Shown piece by piece: positions 1 through 8,782 of a DNA stretch of 20,000 bases. Under the pieces are notes generated by a model. It ran no database searches. It worked only from the letters and a program-made list of their open reading frames with translations, and was not told where the DNA came from. The position numbers and the translations under genes were made by a program. Location: the IMG/VR virus record IMGVR_UViG_3300028601_000024; one strand, written 5' to 3'. Source of the DNA: an uncultured virus (IMG/VR IMGVR_UViG_3300028601_000024). Taxonomy: Duplodnaviria; Heunggongvirae; Uroviricota; Caudoviricetes. How positions within the stretch are numbered: the stretch's first letter is position 1; each line of letters starts with the position of its first letter.

Positions 1-30
1 AAATATTGATTAGAAAATCAGGGCAATGCA

Positions 31-234
31 ATGAAAATTGAATCAAGAATAGGCATCGAAATACATGATGAATTCATTTCAAAAGAATATATTCAAAAAT
101 TAGGATTTGGTGAACTTAAAATGATACTTAGTTTTATTGATAATTTGGACACTTTACATAAGGTAGCTAGTTGGCACTCAGATAAAGCTATTCATTATGC
201 ACAAGAACTAGATAGAAACATAAGGGTAATATAA
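31..234 (+). CDS. hypothetical protein (67 aa)
   Basis: ORF whose TAA overlaps the next ATG (TAATG); no recognisable motif. Confidence 0.7.
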   Translation: MKIESRIGIEIHDEFISKEYIQKLGFGELKMILSFIDNLDTLHKVASWHSDKAIHYAQELDRNIRVI

Positions 235-554
235 TGGATTTAAAAGAGGTTTTCCACTTAGAAGAACATGTTGAAATTGAGCAAATTAAATTGAATAAGT
301 TAAATAATTCATGTGATCATATTAAGAGATTCTTTAATTATGAGTCAGTAAATCTTTCAACTAAAGAGACAATCATCATAGATATGGGAAATAAAACATT
401 TAGTAGTAAAAGTGATTTAGGAAATATTATTGTTAATTGTTTAAGTTTTGATTTTGGAAAACTATTATATGAGATCAATAATCAAAAAAAGATTGTAGCT
501 GATCTTGAATTAAAATTACGAAAAGTGAAACATGCTTTAAAAAATATTAAGTAA
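234..554 (+). CDS. hypothetical protein, coiled-coil-like C-terminus
   Basis: AAGGG upstream; coupled to the previous ORF. Confidence 0.75.
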   Translation: MDLKEVFHLEEHVEIEQIKLNKLNNSCDHIKRFFNYESVNLSTKETIIIDMGNKTFSSKSDLGNIIVNCLSFDFGKLLYEINNQKKIVADLELKLRKVKHALKNIK

Positions 555-562
555 GGAACAAT

Positions 563-805
563 ATGACAGTAATTGTATCAAATGATGAAATATTATATCT
601 TCTTAAAACATTAGGATATACTATTGATATTAAAGTAGTTGATGATTCAAAAAAGGTTACTATTTTATCTAAAATCAGTAATCCACATGTTCTTCCACAC
701 TGTTATTCTAGTGAATCCAGTGATGAATATATTAGAAGAGATTGTGTACAATATGTACTAAAATGGGCAGGATTAGAAGTTGTTCCTATGTTGCAGTATG
801 TCTAA
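563..805 (+). CDS. hypothetical protein (80 aa)
   Basis: TAAGGA RBS directly upstream of ATG. Confidence 0.8.
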   Translation: MTVIVSNDEILYLLKTLGYTIDIKVVDDSKKVTILSKISNPHVLPHCYSSESSDEYIRRDCVQYVLKWAGLEVVPMLQYV

Positions 806-822
806 AAATAAAAGGGAAAATA

Positions 823-1113
823 ATGACACATACTAGAATTTTAATTGGTGGAATAATGATCTTATTATTATTATTAATTCTTGATACTTTTTATATTGGA
901 TTGTTTTCAACTGAAAAGGTGAGTACTCATAAAATTGAAAAAGTATATCTGGAACGATTCTTATTACTTGATAATGGCGAAATGATTCAAATGGAGGATT
1001 ATAGATATGTAGATTATAATACTATTTATAAAAAAACTTATACTCATCACCATTTAATTTTTCCAAATTTTAAACCAAGAGTAATTATAAAATATTCTTT
1101 AGAGGCGGATTAA
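823..1113 (+). CDS. hypothetical membrane-anchored protein
   Basis: Start re-called at ATG 823 (AAAGGGA RBS, removes the overlap with the upstream gene); N-terminal hydrophobic helix ILIGGIMILLLLLIL. Confidence 0.75.
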   Translation: MTHTRILIGGIMILLLLLILDTFYIGLFSTEKVSTHKIEKVYLERFLLLDNGEMIQMEDYRYVDYNTIYKKTYTHHHLIFPNFKPRVIIKYSLEAD

Positions 1114-1347
1114 ATGAAAACTAAAAATAGAAAGAGTGTTCTACGAGTTATTGAATTAAATAGTAGAATACATACCGATCAGGTAATGCAAGAACTTTAC
1201 AATGAAATACTTTGCGATAATGACCTCCCTGGTATTTTTCAAGATATATTACCATTTACTAATTCTAAAATATTTAAAGAACAATGTATTTCTACTGTTC
1301 AATTTATTCCTTTAGTAAAATTTAGAAAAATTAAAATAAAGAAATAA
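1114..1347 (+). CDS. hypothetical protein (77 aa)
   Basis: GAGG upstream; abuts the previous stop. Confidence 0.7.
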   Translation: MKTKNRKSVLRVIELNSRIHTDQVMQELYNEILCDNDLPGIFQDILPFTNSKIFKEQCISTVQFIPLVKFRKIKIKK

Positions 1348-1348
1348 C

Positions 1349-1942
1349 ATGAAACAATTAAATGAAGAAGAATTAAGAAAGTTAAGGCTAGACGATAGTG
1401 TTGATTGGCGCGATATTAGTAGTTTCCAAAGACTTAATGAAGATTTTATTCGAGAGTTTAAGGATAAAGTTGATTGGCGTGAGATAAGCATATATCAAAA
1501 ATTAAGTGAAGATTTTATCCGCGAATTTAGGGATAAAGTTGATTGGGTACAGATTAGTGATTATCAAAAATTAAGTGAAGATTTTATCCGCGAGTTTAAG
1601 GATAAAGTTGATTGGGTACAGATTAGTGTTCGTCAAAAACTTAGCGAAGATTTTATCAGAGAGTTTAAGGATGAATTAGATATTAGATGTATCAATCTTT
1701 ATCAAAATCTTAGTGATGAATTTCTGGAAGAATTTAAACTACAAAGACGATATATCAAAATAGTTCATAATTGTGGAAATAGTAATCGCCGAATTTATCG
1801 CAAGATAGAGACTCCTGGATTAATTCATATCGGATGCTTTATAGGCACGCATCAAGAAGCAATTGATGCAATTAGTAAAAGATATGATGAAGAAGAGAGG
1901 GATGCGTATATAGCAAAAGTGAATGAGTGTTACAAAGATTGA
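1349..1942 (+). CDS. tryptophan-repeat protein (VDWxxISxxQKLSEDFIREFKDK) with C-terminal GCFxG domain
   Basis: About five 23-aa repeats typical of phage/viral Trp-repeat proteins; C-terminal IGCFIGT motif. Confidence 0.85.
   Translation: MKQLNEEELRKLRLDDSVDWRDISSFQRLNEDFIREFKDKVDWREISIYQKLSEDFIREFRDKVDWVQISDYQKLSEDFIREFKDKVDWVQISVRQKLSEDFIREFKDELDIRCINLYQNLSDEFLEEFKLQRRYIKIVHNCGNSNRRIYRKIETPGLIHIGCFIGTHQEAIDAISKRYDEEERDAYIAKVNECYKD
1400..1738 (+). repeat. 69-bp coding tandem repeat, 4 good copies plus 1 degenerate
   Basis: Units start gttgattgg at 1400, 1469, 1538 and 1607; degenerate unit at 1676. Confidence 0.9.
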
Positions 1943-1954
1943 TAAAGGAATTTT

Positions 1955-2254
1955 ATGAAAAATTTAAATGAACGATTTAATATCGAAGTATTGGTTATTA
2001 GAATAAATGGCAAAATTGACCACGTAATAGGAATACACGATCATTACACAATTGTAATACTTAGTATTCCTAAAAAAGATTTGAATGAAGAGGCAATTAA
2101 AAAATTAACCGAAAGTTATCATACAGAAGATGATAACTATATTCATTTATACGAAAATGAAGCAAAAGATCAAGTAAGAGATATAGGTAATCTCAAAATC
2201 AACATTGAAACCATTAATTTATTAGATGTGATAAGGAAAAATAATGAATTATAG
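1955..2254 (+). CDS. hypothetical protein (99 aa)
   Basis: AAAGGA RBS. Confidence 0.8.
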   Translation: MKNLNERFNIEVLVIRINGKIDHVIGIHDHYTIVILSIPKKDLNEEAIKKLTESYHTEDDNYIHLYENEAKDQVRDIGNLKINIETINLLDVIRKNNEL

Positions 2255-3041
2255 ACAATTAAAGAAACACAATAAAAAAATGATTAATCAGCAATTAAAT
2301 TATTTACCATATACCATTGAATCGAAAAACTTTGGCGGTGGATACTTTATATTTTCATTTGAACCAGCTAGTGTTTGTCATTTCACATTAAAAGAATTTC
2401 CTGATTGGAAATTCGCAATTTGGAATCAGGAAGTGTTTAGTATATTCTGTGACAATATTTACATGATTAATAAATTCAAACCCGGACATGGATTCATTAA
2501 TGAAAATTCTATGCAAAAATTTGTAGAAGAATTGGATGAACTTCGTGAAACATTGTTAGGTAAAGATACCCATATGAGTAGATACATTGAAGCATGTGAT
2601 GAGGCTAAAAAGGATCAACTTCAACTTGATGAATTCAATAGAAAAAATTACCAGATTATACTTGACGAATTAAATAAAATAAATTCAGAGCAATCAGATA
2701 TAGAACTAGTTTTACATGATAATTGTACAAAACATTTGAAAGTTTCTCCTAGATATAATATCATTACGAAAGTAACTCATGAATTTAATGAATCATCAAC
2801 TATTGATCAAAATAATCAATTAGATTTTATGAATTATAAACGATTATGTGATGTAATTCTATTTGATGAAGAAATTTCAATATTAAAGGATACATATGTT
2901 TTTGATTCCAGTGTGCATTTAGAAGTTATGAATTCAGCTGAATATGAATCTCGAGCAATTAGGTATGATTATACTTTAAAAACATTCGATGAAAAATTGG
3001 ATAAAATTTTAAAGGATATGGATGAAAGTAGTAATAAGTAA
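2244..3041 (+). CDS. hypothetical phage protein (265 aa)
   Basis: TAAGGA RBS; long ORF; aromatic N-terminal segment GYFIF...CHF...WKFAIW. Confidence 0.85.
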   Translation: MNYRQLKKHNKKMINQQLNYLPYTIESKNFGGGYFIFSFEPASVCHFTLKEFPDWKFAIWNQEVFSIFCDNIYMINKFKPGHGFINENSMQKFVEELDELRETLLGKDTHMSRYIEACDEAKKDQLQLDEFNRKNYQIILDELNKINSEQSDIELVLHDNCTKHLKVSPRYNIITKVTHEFNESSTIDQNNQLDFMNYKRLCDVILFDEEISILKDTYVFDSSVHLEVMNSAEYESRAIRYDYTLKTFDEKLDKILKDMDESSNK

Positions 3042-3201
3042 TTACACAATTAGTAATTTAAACATTACTAAAGATAAAATATACCCAATTTTGGCGAAAA
3101 GTGAAAATTTTATCAAAATCAAGAATGATATTGATAAAAGTCTTCATTTTCAAATTAAAAGTTTTTATCAAATATTCTCTCCTTTATCAGAGAGGGAATA
3201 A
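3022..3201 (+). CDS. small hypothetical protein (59 aa), possibly SH3-like; absent from the ORF track
   Basis: AAAGGA RBS at 3011-3016; MKVVISNYTISNLNITKDKIYPILAKSENFIKIKNDIDKSLHFQIKSFYQIFSPLSERE fills the apparent gap. Confidence 0.7.
   Translation: MKVVISNYTISNLNITKDKIYPILAKSENFIKIKNDIDKSLHFQIKSFYQIFSPLSERE
3173..3200. terminator. possible stem-loop at the end of the small ORF
   Basis: TATTCTCTCCT-ttatc-AGAGAGGGAATA pairs with one G.U and one bulge; no clear U-tract. Confidence 0.3.
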
Positions 3202-3235
3202 ATAGATATTTCTATATTAACATAAGGAAAAAATA

Positions 3236-3535
3236 ATGAAAAAGATAGTTTTATTGGTAATGATTGCGAGTTCAGTTTTTGGGTTAACCACTAAACAGTT
3301 CCATTTAAAGAATAATGGTTATAATGGATTCTTAGATGATAAAACCATATTATATATTGATAAAGATGTTAAAGTAGGCACAACAGTGGATGCAAACCAT
3401 ATTGGTAAAGTTCTTTGTAACGATCCACAATTGTTTGTGCTTATTAATGAAGGATTAACTATTACTATGATTTATATATTTGAAGATGATAGTGTGCTAA
3501 GCATCTTAATCAATGATTGTAAATTAAATAAATAA
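3236..3535 (+). CDS. putative secreted/periplasmic protein
   Basis: TAAGGA RBS; Sec-type signal MKKIVLLVMIASSVFG. Confidence 0.8.
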   Translation: MKKIVLLVMIASSVFGLTTKQFHLKNNGYNGFLDDKTILYIDKDVKVGTTVDANHIGKVLCNDPQLFVLINEGLTITMIYIFEDDSVLSILINDCKLNK

Positions 3536-3543
3536 GGAATATC

Positions 3544-3912
3544 ATGACAGTAAATGAATTAATTGAACATATGGAAAGTGTTCCGGATGACTACAAAATA
3601 AAATTGGTATATGGATATGGTGTTAACCAACAATACTTTACAAGTGACTTTATTACGGATAGTTGGCGAGGTAGCTATAATTTACCAGCAACTGAATTTG
3701 GTGGTGATGATACATTATTAAATCAAATAAATAATTTAAAAGCAACCCATGGTAAACGAGTTAGAGGTGGAAATTATATTTTAGATGGTGATTCTACATT
3801 ATTCTTTGTAGAATGTTGGGATGAAAGTGGCGACTGTGTAGCAGTAAGAGATGTTCAAGTTGATCATGAAAGTGAAGAATTATTATTCTTTTTACAAGAT
3901 AATATGTATTAA
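3544..3912 (+). CDS. hypothetical phage protein (SWRGSY motif)
   Basis: TAAGGA RBS; DSWRGSYNLPA...GGNY resembles a recurrent phage hypothetical family (recalled, not searched). Confidence 0.8.
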   Translation: MTVNELIEHMESVPDDYKIKLVYGYGVNQQYFTSDFITDSWRGSYNLPATEFGGDDTLLNQINNLKATHGKRVRGGNYILDGDSTLFFVECWDESGDCVAVRDVQVDHESEELLFFLQDNMY

Positions 3913-3925
3913 TAAAAGGTATCAA

Positions 3926-4159
3926 ATGAAAACTAAAACATCAATAATTGATAATTTAACAAACTCTGAAATTTCTGAAATTCTTAAACAATATGAAGAA
4001 TTAAAAAATAAAGGATTTACAGGGGATGGTATACTTAGACAAAAAGCTAAAGAATACTTTAGTGATTTACCAGAATCATTATCTTTAGAACTTTTTGCAA
4101 AAGAAGTCGCATATCAAGTTTGTATAAAATATTGGATCAATGATGTTCTCGAAAAATAA
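3926..4159 (+). CDS. hypothetical protein
   Basis: Start re-called at ATG 3926 (AAAGGT RBS). Confidence 0.75.
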   Translation: MKTKTSIIDNLTNSEISEILKQYEELKNKGFTGDGILRQKAKEYFSDLPESLSLELFAKEVAYQVCIKYWINDVLEK

Positions 4160-4346
4160 TTTAAGTGTTGAATTATTTTATTGTTCAGGTGATTATGAAT
4201 TTCCTGATTTAATATTTAAAGTTATTGCAAATAATGAAATTAGGTATGATCAAGTATCATACCTTTTAGATCATAAATTATATAACTATATTTTCGACAA
4301 TAATATTTCACAATTGGAAAAAAATTATTACGATATCCTACTTTAA
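4140..4346 (+). CDS. hypothetical protein (68 aa)
   Basis: Fills the gap before rnhA; overlaps the upstream stop. Confidence 0.6.
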   Translation: MMFSKNNLSVELFYCSGDYEFPDLIFKVIANNEIRYDQVSYLLDHKLYNYIFDNNISQLEKNYYDILL

Positions 4347-4355
4347 AGGAAATAT

Positions 4356-4799
4356 ATGAAACAGATTGAATTATACACAGATGGATCAGCTCTTGGTAAT
4401 CCAGGAAGAGGAGGATGGGCATATATTTTAAAATATAATGAACATATTAAAAAAGATAGCGGTGGAGTACCTCATGCTACTAATAATCAGATGGAATTGC
4501 TTGCAGTAATAAAAGGACTCAGTGTATTAAAAGAACGTTGTTATATAAAATTATATAGTGATAGCAAATATGTATTGGATGGTTTAAATACTTGGATTAA
4601 AAATTGGAAACACAATGGATGGAGAACAAGTAGTAGAAAACCAGTTGCAAATGGCGAATTATGGAAAGAATTAGATGCCCTCTCAGAGAAACACTATATA
4701 GAGTTTAACTGGGTAAAAGGACATAATGGTGATCCAATGAATGAAGAAGTTGATTCAATGGCTCAAAATGCTGCTCGTGGTATGAAAAAGGAAAACTAA
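4356..4799 (+). CDS. rnhA: ribonuclease HI
   Basis: YTDGSALGNPGRGGW, TNNQMEL, SDSKY, NGELW and WVKGHNGDPMNEEVD; catalytic D/E/D/H/D present. Confidence 0.97.
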   Translation: MKQIELYTDGSALGNPGRGGWAYILKYNEHIKKDSGGVPHATNNQMELLAVIKGLSVLKERCYIKLYSDSKYVLDGLNTWIKNWKHNGWRTSSRKPVANGELWKELDALSEKHYIEFNWVKGHNGDPMNEEVDSMAQNAARGMKKEN

Positions 4800-5009
4800 A
4801 TGGGAACTTTTTTAAAAATATTTTTTGGCGGGGTATTGTTTATTGCATTAGTAATGATTGTGGTATTAATTATAATTTGGGTACCAATGCAGATATTAAA
4901 TTATTTTGAGGTTGTTGATTATCGACAATTAATTTATTTTTGTATTATGGTACCTTGGATGAGTTTTGTATTCACTGTTATATTTTTTATAGCAGACGGG
5001 CTTGATTAA
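4800..5009 (+). CDS. small two-TM membrane protein
   Basis: Two hydrophobic helices; AAGGA RBS. Confidence 0.75.
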   Translation: MGTFLKIFFGGVLFIALVMIVVLIIIWVPMQILNYFEVVDYRQLIYFCIMVPWMSFVFTVIFFIADGLD

Positions 5010-5359
5010 TGAATGAATTAAAATATATTGATGAAAACATTAACTATTTTCGAAAAATTATTCTAGGAGAATTTAATAACTCTCCTGCTGGTAAATATTT
5101 TTCAAATAATGAAGAATTTCAGAATAGTGATCAAGCAGAAATTGGTGCACGTGGTGATTTATTATTTCTAAGCTACTTTGCAGGTGAAAGAACTTATTTA
5201 TTAAGATGTCTTCAAATTGATGAAGACAATATTGAAATAATATTCAATAAATGGTATCAATCTTTAATAAAAGATATTGATAATCCACATTTAGCACCTG
5301 GATTCAAAGAGTGGTATAATCTTTATTTTTTACCATTATATTATTCAGTAAGAAAATAA
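5009..5359 (+). CDS. hypothetical protein (116 aa)
   Basis: TAATG coupling to the previous gene. Confidence 0.75.
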   Translation: MNELKYIDENINYFRKIILGEFNNSPAGKYFSNNEEFQNSDQAEIGARGDLLFLSYFAGERTYLLRCLQIDEDNIEIIFNKWYQSLIKDIDNPHLAPGFKEWYNLYFLPLYYSVRK

Positions 5360-5431
5360 AATGATTATAATGCCACAGATTTCTAATGATTTGTGAATTA
5401 AATTAAAAATATGTTAAAAGAGGTGAACACA

Positions 5432-5812
5432 ATGAATAAAACACTCCGTGGAGAATACAAAATTGCTTCTAAAGAAGTTCAAGATATATATTATTATATA
5501 TTCAATGGTGGACCAGTAGATGATATTAAAAGATCATTGCAGCTAGTAGAAACTTTACCAATTTTAAATAAAGAACCCGTAAAGATTCGCAATCGAAAAG
5601 GACATTTAATTGGTTTAATTGGAATAAAAGGAAGCTTAAGAAAGTTCAATTCTGATTTTAATAAAGGATGTTGGTATTTTGATGGCAATCGAGTTGGTAA
5701 AAGAAAACAACTATTAATAGATGCATTCTTTACTGATGCCCCGGTTCCTACTGGACTCAATGAAGTAAAAGTCTGGAATAAAATTCAATATAGACTACGG
5801 GCAAATATATGA
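5432..5812 (+). CDS. hypothetical basic protein
   Basis: Start re-called at ATG 5432 (GAGGTG RBS); ATGA overlap with the next gene. Confidence 0.75.
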   Translation: MNKTLRGEYKIASKEVQDIYYYIFNGGPVDDIKRSLQLVETLPILNKEPVKIRNRKGHLIGLIGIKGSLRKFNSDFNKGCWYFDGNRVGKRKQLLIDAFFTDAPVPTGLNEVKVWNKIQYRLRANI

Positions 5813-6405
5813 AAAAAGAATATTTGAGTCATGATAAATTATTAGAAAAATTAAATAATCAATCACATGCAACATTGATTATTGTTGGTCGAAATGGTTC
5901 AGGAAAAACATATTTGTCTCGACAAATTCAAAATTCACTTTTAGATAATACTGGGTTTTATACGATAAATGAAAATGTTCAATTCACAGATGCAAACCCT
6001 TTTAATTCGGATGATTATAAAAACGCAATTATTCATAAAGTAGTGCATTCCACAGGAGAATCACTATATAATCAAATTCTTGATACTATGAATACAAAAG
6101 ATAATATAATACTTGATGAACCTACCGCTACTCTAGATTTATTAAATTCAAGTATTATAATCGAATCTTTTATTAGACATAATGGAAAAATTAAGATAAT
6201 TACCACAAATGACTATCTTACTTTAAAATTATTAAGTGATTATATTAGTAGTGCTTATAATGTTGAAACAGGAACTTTTGTTCAAATTAAAGATTATATA
6301 AATGATTTAATTGATGAAACAATTAACACTTTAAGTGATCTACCATTTGAAATGATACCAATAAATAACTACAATAAACTAAAGGAAACATATGCAAGAG
6401 GGTGA
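5809..6405 (+). CDS. ABC-type/AAA P-loop ATPase
   Basis: Walker A GRNGSGKT, signature-like HSTGES, Walker B/D-loop IILDEPTATLD. Confidence 0.85.
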   Translation: MKKEYLSHDKLLEKLNNQSHATLIIVGRNGSGKTYLSRQIQNSLLDNTGFYTINENVQFTDANPFNSDDYKNAIIHKVVHSTGESLYNQILDTMNTKDNIILDEPTATLDLLNSSIIIESFIRHNGKIKIITTNDYLTLKLLSDYISSAYNVETGTFVQIKDYINDLIDETINTLSDLPFEMIPINNYNKLKETYARG

Positions 6406-6907
6406 TAAAGCATTTCACAAAGATTCAAAACACTTCCACGGTACAGTTGTACAGATATTATCAGATACTCAAATATTGATAAAAAACTCAAAGGATGAAT
6501 TTCAAACAGTTTATTCAAAAGATTATGTTACTCAAGAGGAAAAGAAAGTTGAGGGAATACGTATTGCTAAAAAATATTCAAAAGAATTATATCTTCATTT
6601 TAAAAACAATGATTACGATATATTAGATACATGGGAAAAGTTTAAAAAAGAATTTGATAAGCTTGCTGGGTTATCACCTACTTTTTCTAAGAAAAGTAAA
6701 TTTGATGATCAATTTTCCCATGTTGTAAATTTCGTTCCAGATGGGTATTATTTAAGTAAAAATCTTTTTACAAAAGAAGAAGCTTTAATTGAATTTCAAG
6801 AGACTTTGGGTAAAGAAATTAAAATTGATGAAATTAGTGAACAATATGTTCGATTTCAACCAACACCAGAAGAACTTCGAGGAGAGTTAGATACTAAGAT
6901 GGCATAG
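6392..6907 (+). CDS. hypothetical protein with N-terminal KOW/SH3-like segment; may extend to 6961 through an in-frame TAG
   Basis: AAAGGA RBS; GDKAFH...GTVV pattern; frame stays open 17 codons past the TAG to a TGA overlapping the next ATG. Confidence 0.75.
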   Translation: MQEGDKAFHKDSKHFHGTVVQILSDTQILIKNSKDEFQTVYSKDYVTQEEKKVEGIRIAKKYSKELYLHFKNNDYDILDTWEKFKKEFDKLAGLSPTFSKKSKFDDQFSHVVNFVPDGYYLSKNLFTKEEALIEFQETLGKEIKIDEISEQYVRFQPTPEELRGELDTKMA

Positions 6908-6957
6908 ATAGTGTGTAATAAAACAGATAGAAATGCTCAGCCTTGTTGGAGATATTT

Positions 6958-7206
6958 ATGAATACATCCAATATTCAAGTACCAAGTTATCAAATACTTG
7001 AAAGTTTAAGAAAAGTAGTAAAATACTATTTACTTAATCCAGATTATGATATGTTTATGTCCAGATTAAAATTTTTAAGAGACACTGCTCTAAAATTTAA
7101 ACATGAAAGTTTACTAGACACAATCGATCATGAAATTACATTATTAGAAAATGGCGATTATGGTATATGTGATGCACCTGAATTACATTCTAATGGACTA
7201 TTATAG
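6958..7206 (+). CDS. hypothetical protein
   Basis: Start re-called at ATG 6958 (GGAG RBS at 6948-6951). Confidence 0.75.
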   Translation: MNTSNIQVPSYQILESLRKVVKYYLLNPDYDMFMSRLKFLRDTALKFKHESLLDTIDHEITLLENGDYGICDAPELHSNGLL

Positions 7207-7242
7207 TCTTATAAAATAAAAAATAAAAATAAGGAAAATAAA

Positions 7243-7581
7243 ATGAAAAAAATAATAATTACAATAATGATGAGTTTAGTGATGAGTGCAACACTAGTTG
7301 CTGAATATGTTATTGATATTAGTAAATATCCAGTGTTATTTTCAAATAGTAGAAGTGAGTGTATACACATTGCTCGTTTTAAATTAAATGATTTAAATAA
7401 TATGATGGAATATTTTGAACACCCATCCACTCAGATGATAACTCAAAATAAAGATTATGTAAAAGTAGGATCATATTATGATGGTGGATATGAAGAATTG
7501 TATTTCTTTACAAATGAAGAAGTTTGTAGTAACTATGCAGGATATATTGCCATCATTAATGATAGTGCAAAGTATAGATAA
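7243..7581 (+). CDS. putative secreted/periplasmic protein
   Basis: TAAGGA RBS; signal peptide MKKIIITIMMSLVMSATLVA; two Cys in the mature part. Confidence 0.8.
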   Translation: MKKIIITIMMSLVMSATLVAEYVIDISKYPVLFSNSRSECIHIARFKLNDLNNMMEYFEHPSTQMITQNKDYVKVGSYYDGGYEELYFFTNEEVCSNYAGYIAIINDSAKYR

Positions 7582-8159
7582 TGTTGGGTAATAAAAGATT
7601 ACTATTTGAAAAATTACAATCTCAAATAGAAAAAGACAAAACCCCAGTTTACATCGTAAAAAGAGGAGATGATAGTTATCCATACCTTTGTACTTTCTCA
7701 TGGGATGACGCATATAACATGTATCTACGTGAAACGAAGAATGCTAATTTTCCATACATTGAGATAATTAATGTTCAGGATAATATAAATTCCTCATGTC
7801 AATTTGGTGCTCCTGCGAGCACAATATATTTTAGTCTTATGAATAATGGTGATGTGATTAAACATTCTAATGATTCAAGAGAATTAGTCTTATCCTCAAA
7901 TTGGGATAATGTAAAGCATGAATCAGGTACAGTATTGCCATATGATTCAATTAATGGTTTTTATTCATTCCAACCAGTATGGTGTTGGAGTGATAGAATA
8001 TTTCCACAATTATCTTTTTGGGATGTAAAATCTAGTAAACCTATAAATGCTAACAACAATTATTATGTTGTTGAAAGTGTACCAGTTGATGATTTAAAGA
8101 ATATGAAATATGCACATGAGTATTTTTTAAAACTGATAAAGGAAAACCATGATTGTTAA
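7581..8159 (+). CDS. hypothetical protein (192 aa)
   Basis: TAATG coupling; C-terminal QPVWCW segment. Confidence 0.8.
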   Translation: MLGNKRLLFEKLQSQIEKDKTPVYIVKRGDDSYPYLCTFSWDDAYNMYLRETKNANFPYIEIINVQDNINSSCQFGAPASTIYFSLMNNGDVIKHSNDSRELVLSSNWDNVKHESGTVLPYDSINGFYSFQPVWCWSDRIFPQLSFWDVKSSKPINANNNYYVVESVPVDDLKNMKYAHEYFLKLIKENHDC

Positions 8160-8403
8160 AAGAATCAAAGAAATTCCACCCGATTTAAAACCAAAAATAG
8201 TTCGAAGATTCGCATTCTTTCCAACTTGGGTAATTGATAAAAATATTAAACATATCTATCACCATCAAGAAAAATATGTATTAATATGGTTAGAGTATTA
8301 TTATCAGGAATATTATCCGGATAAAGTAAGTAAGAAATTATTTGGAAAAACTTATACAGTAAGTAAATTCAAAGCAGATAATGAAAGAAGATACAAAGAT
8401 TAA
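8149..8403 (+). CDS. hypothetical phage protein (FAxxP...WLE motif)
   Basis: AAGGA RBS; RRFAFFP...IWLEYY pattern common in small phage hypotheticals (recalled). Confidence 0.75.
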   Translation: MIVKRIKEIPPDLKPKIVRRFAFFPTWVIDKNIKHIYHHQEKYVLIWLEYYYQEYYPDKVSKKLFGKTYTVSKFKADNERRYKD

Positions 8404-8782
8404 ATGTTTAACATCTAATTCTAAAGAATTTATAAGTAACAGATTTTCAGATTTTAAAGAAAATGCTAAATCTGAATTGAAGTTATTATTACTAATTGCA
8501 TTAGTAAGTATTGGAGTTTTTATAGGGTTATTTATTACGATGATAATTACCGGATTATTATCGCAAATAATTAGTATGATTATTTACGGAACTCTACAAT
8601 CATGGGTCCCTATTACATTAAGAGAAATGGGAAATTTTACATTTACAATTTTAGTTATTCTTGCAATTGTAATATTTATTATAAATATAATAAATACATG
8701 GCGCATTAAGATTGTAAGTATCTATAAATATTTACAATTTGAAGAGTGTGAAAAGGATCAGAATGAGATTATACCTAAGTGA
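8381..8782 (+). CDS. membrane protein (2-3 TM)
   Basis: Long hydrophobic segments. Confidence 0.75.
   Translation: MKEDTKIKCLTSNSKEFISNRFSDFKENAKSELKLLLLIALVSIGVFIGLFITMIITGLLSQIISMIIYGTLQSWVPITLREMGNFTFTILVILAIVIFIINIINTWRIKIVSIYKYLQFEECEKDQNEIIPK

Noticed and set aside
742..822. Upstream extensions in the ORF track (742, 3851, 5411, 6943, 14672, 15384)
   Set aside because: Downstream ATGs have better RBS spacing and/or avoid overlaps, so the starts were re-called.
1400..1738. 69-bp repeats as a CRISPR array or DGR template/variable pair
   Set aside because: The period is an in-frame multiple of 3 encoding a Trp-repeat. There are no unique spacers, differences are not adenine-specific, and no cas or RT gene is present.
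7204..7243. Readthrough of TAG 7204-7206 fusing ORF 6958 to ORF 7243 (same frame, no intervening stop)
   Set aside because: ORF 7243 has its own RBS and N-terminal signal peptide, and the linker is a low-complexity A-rich leader.
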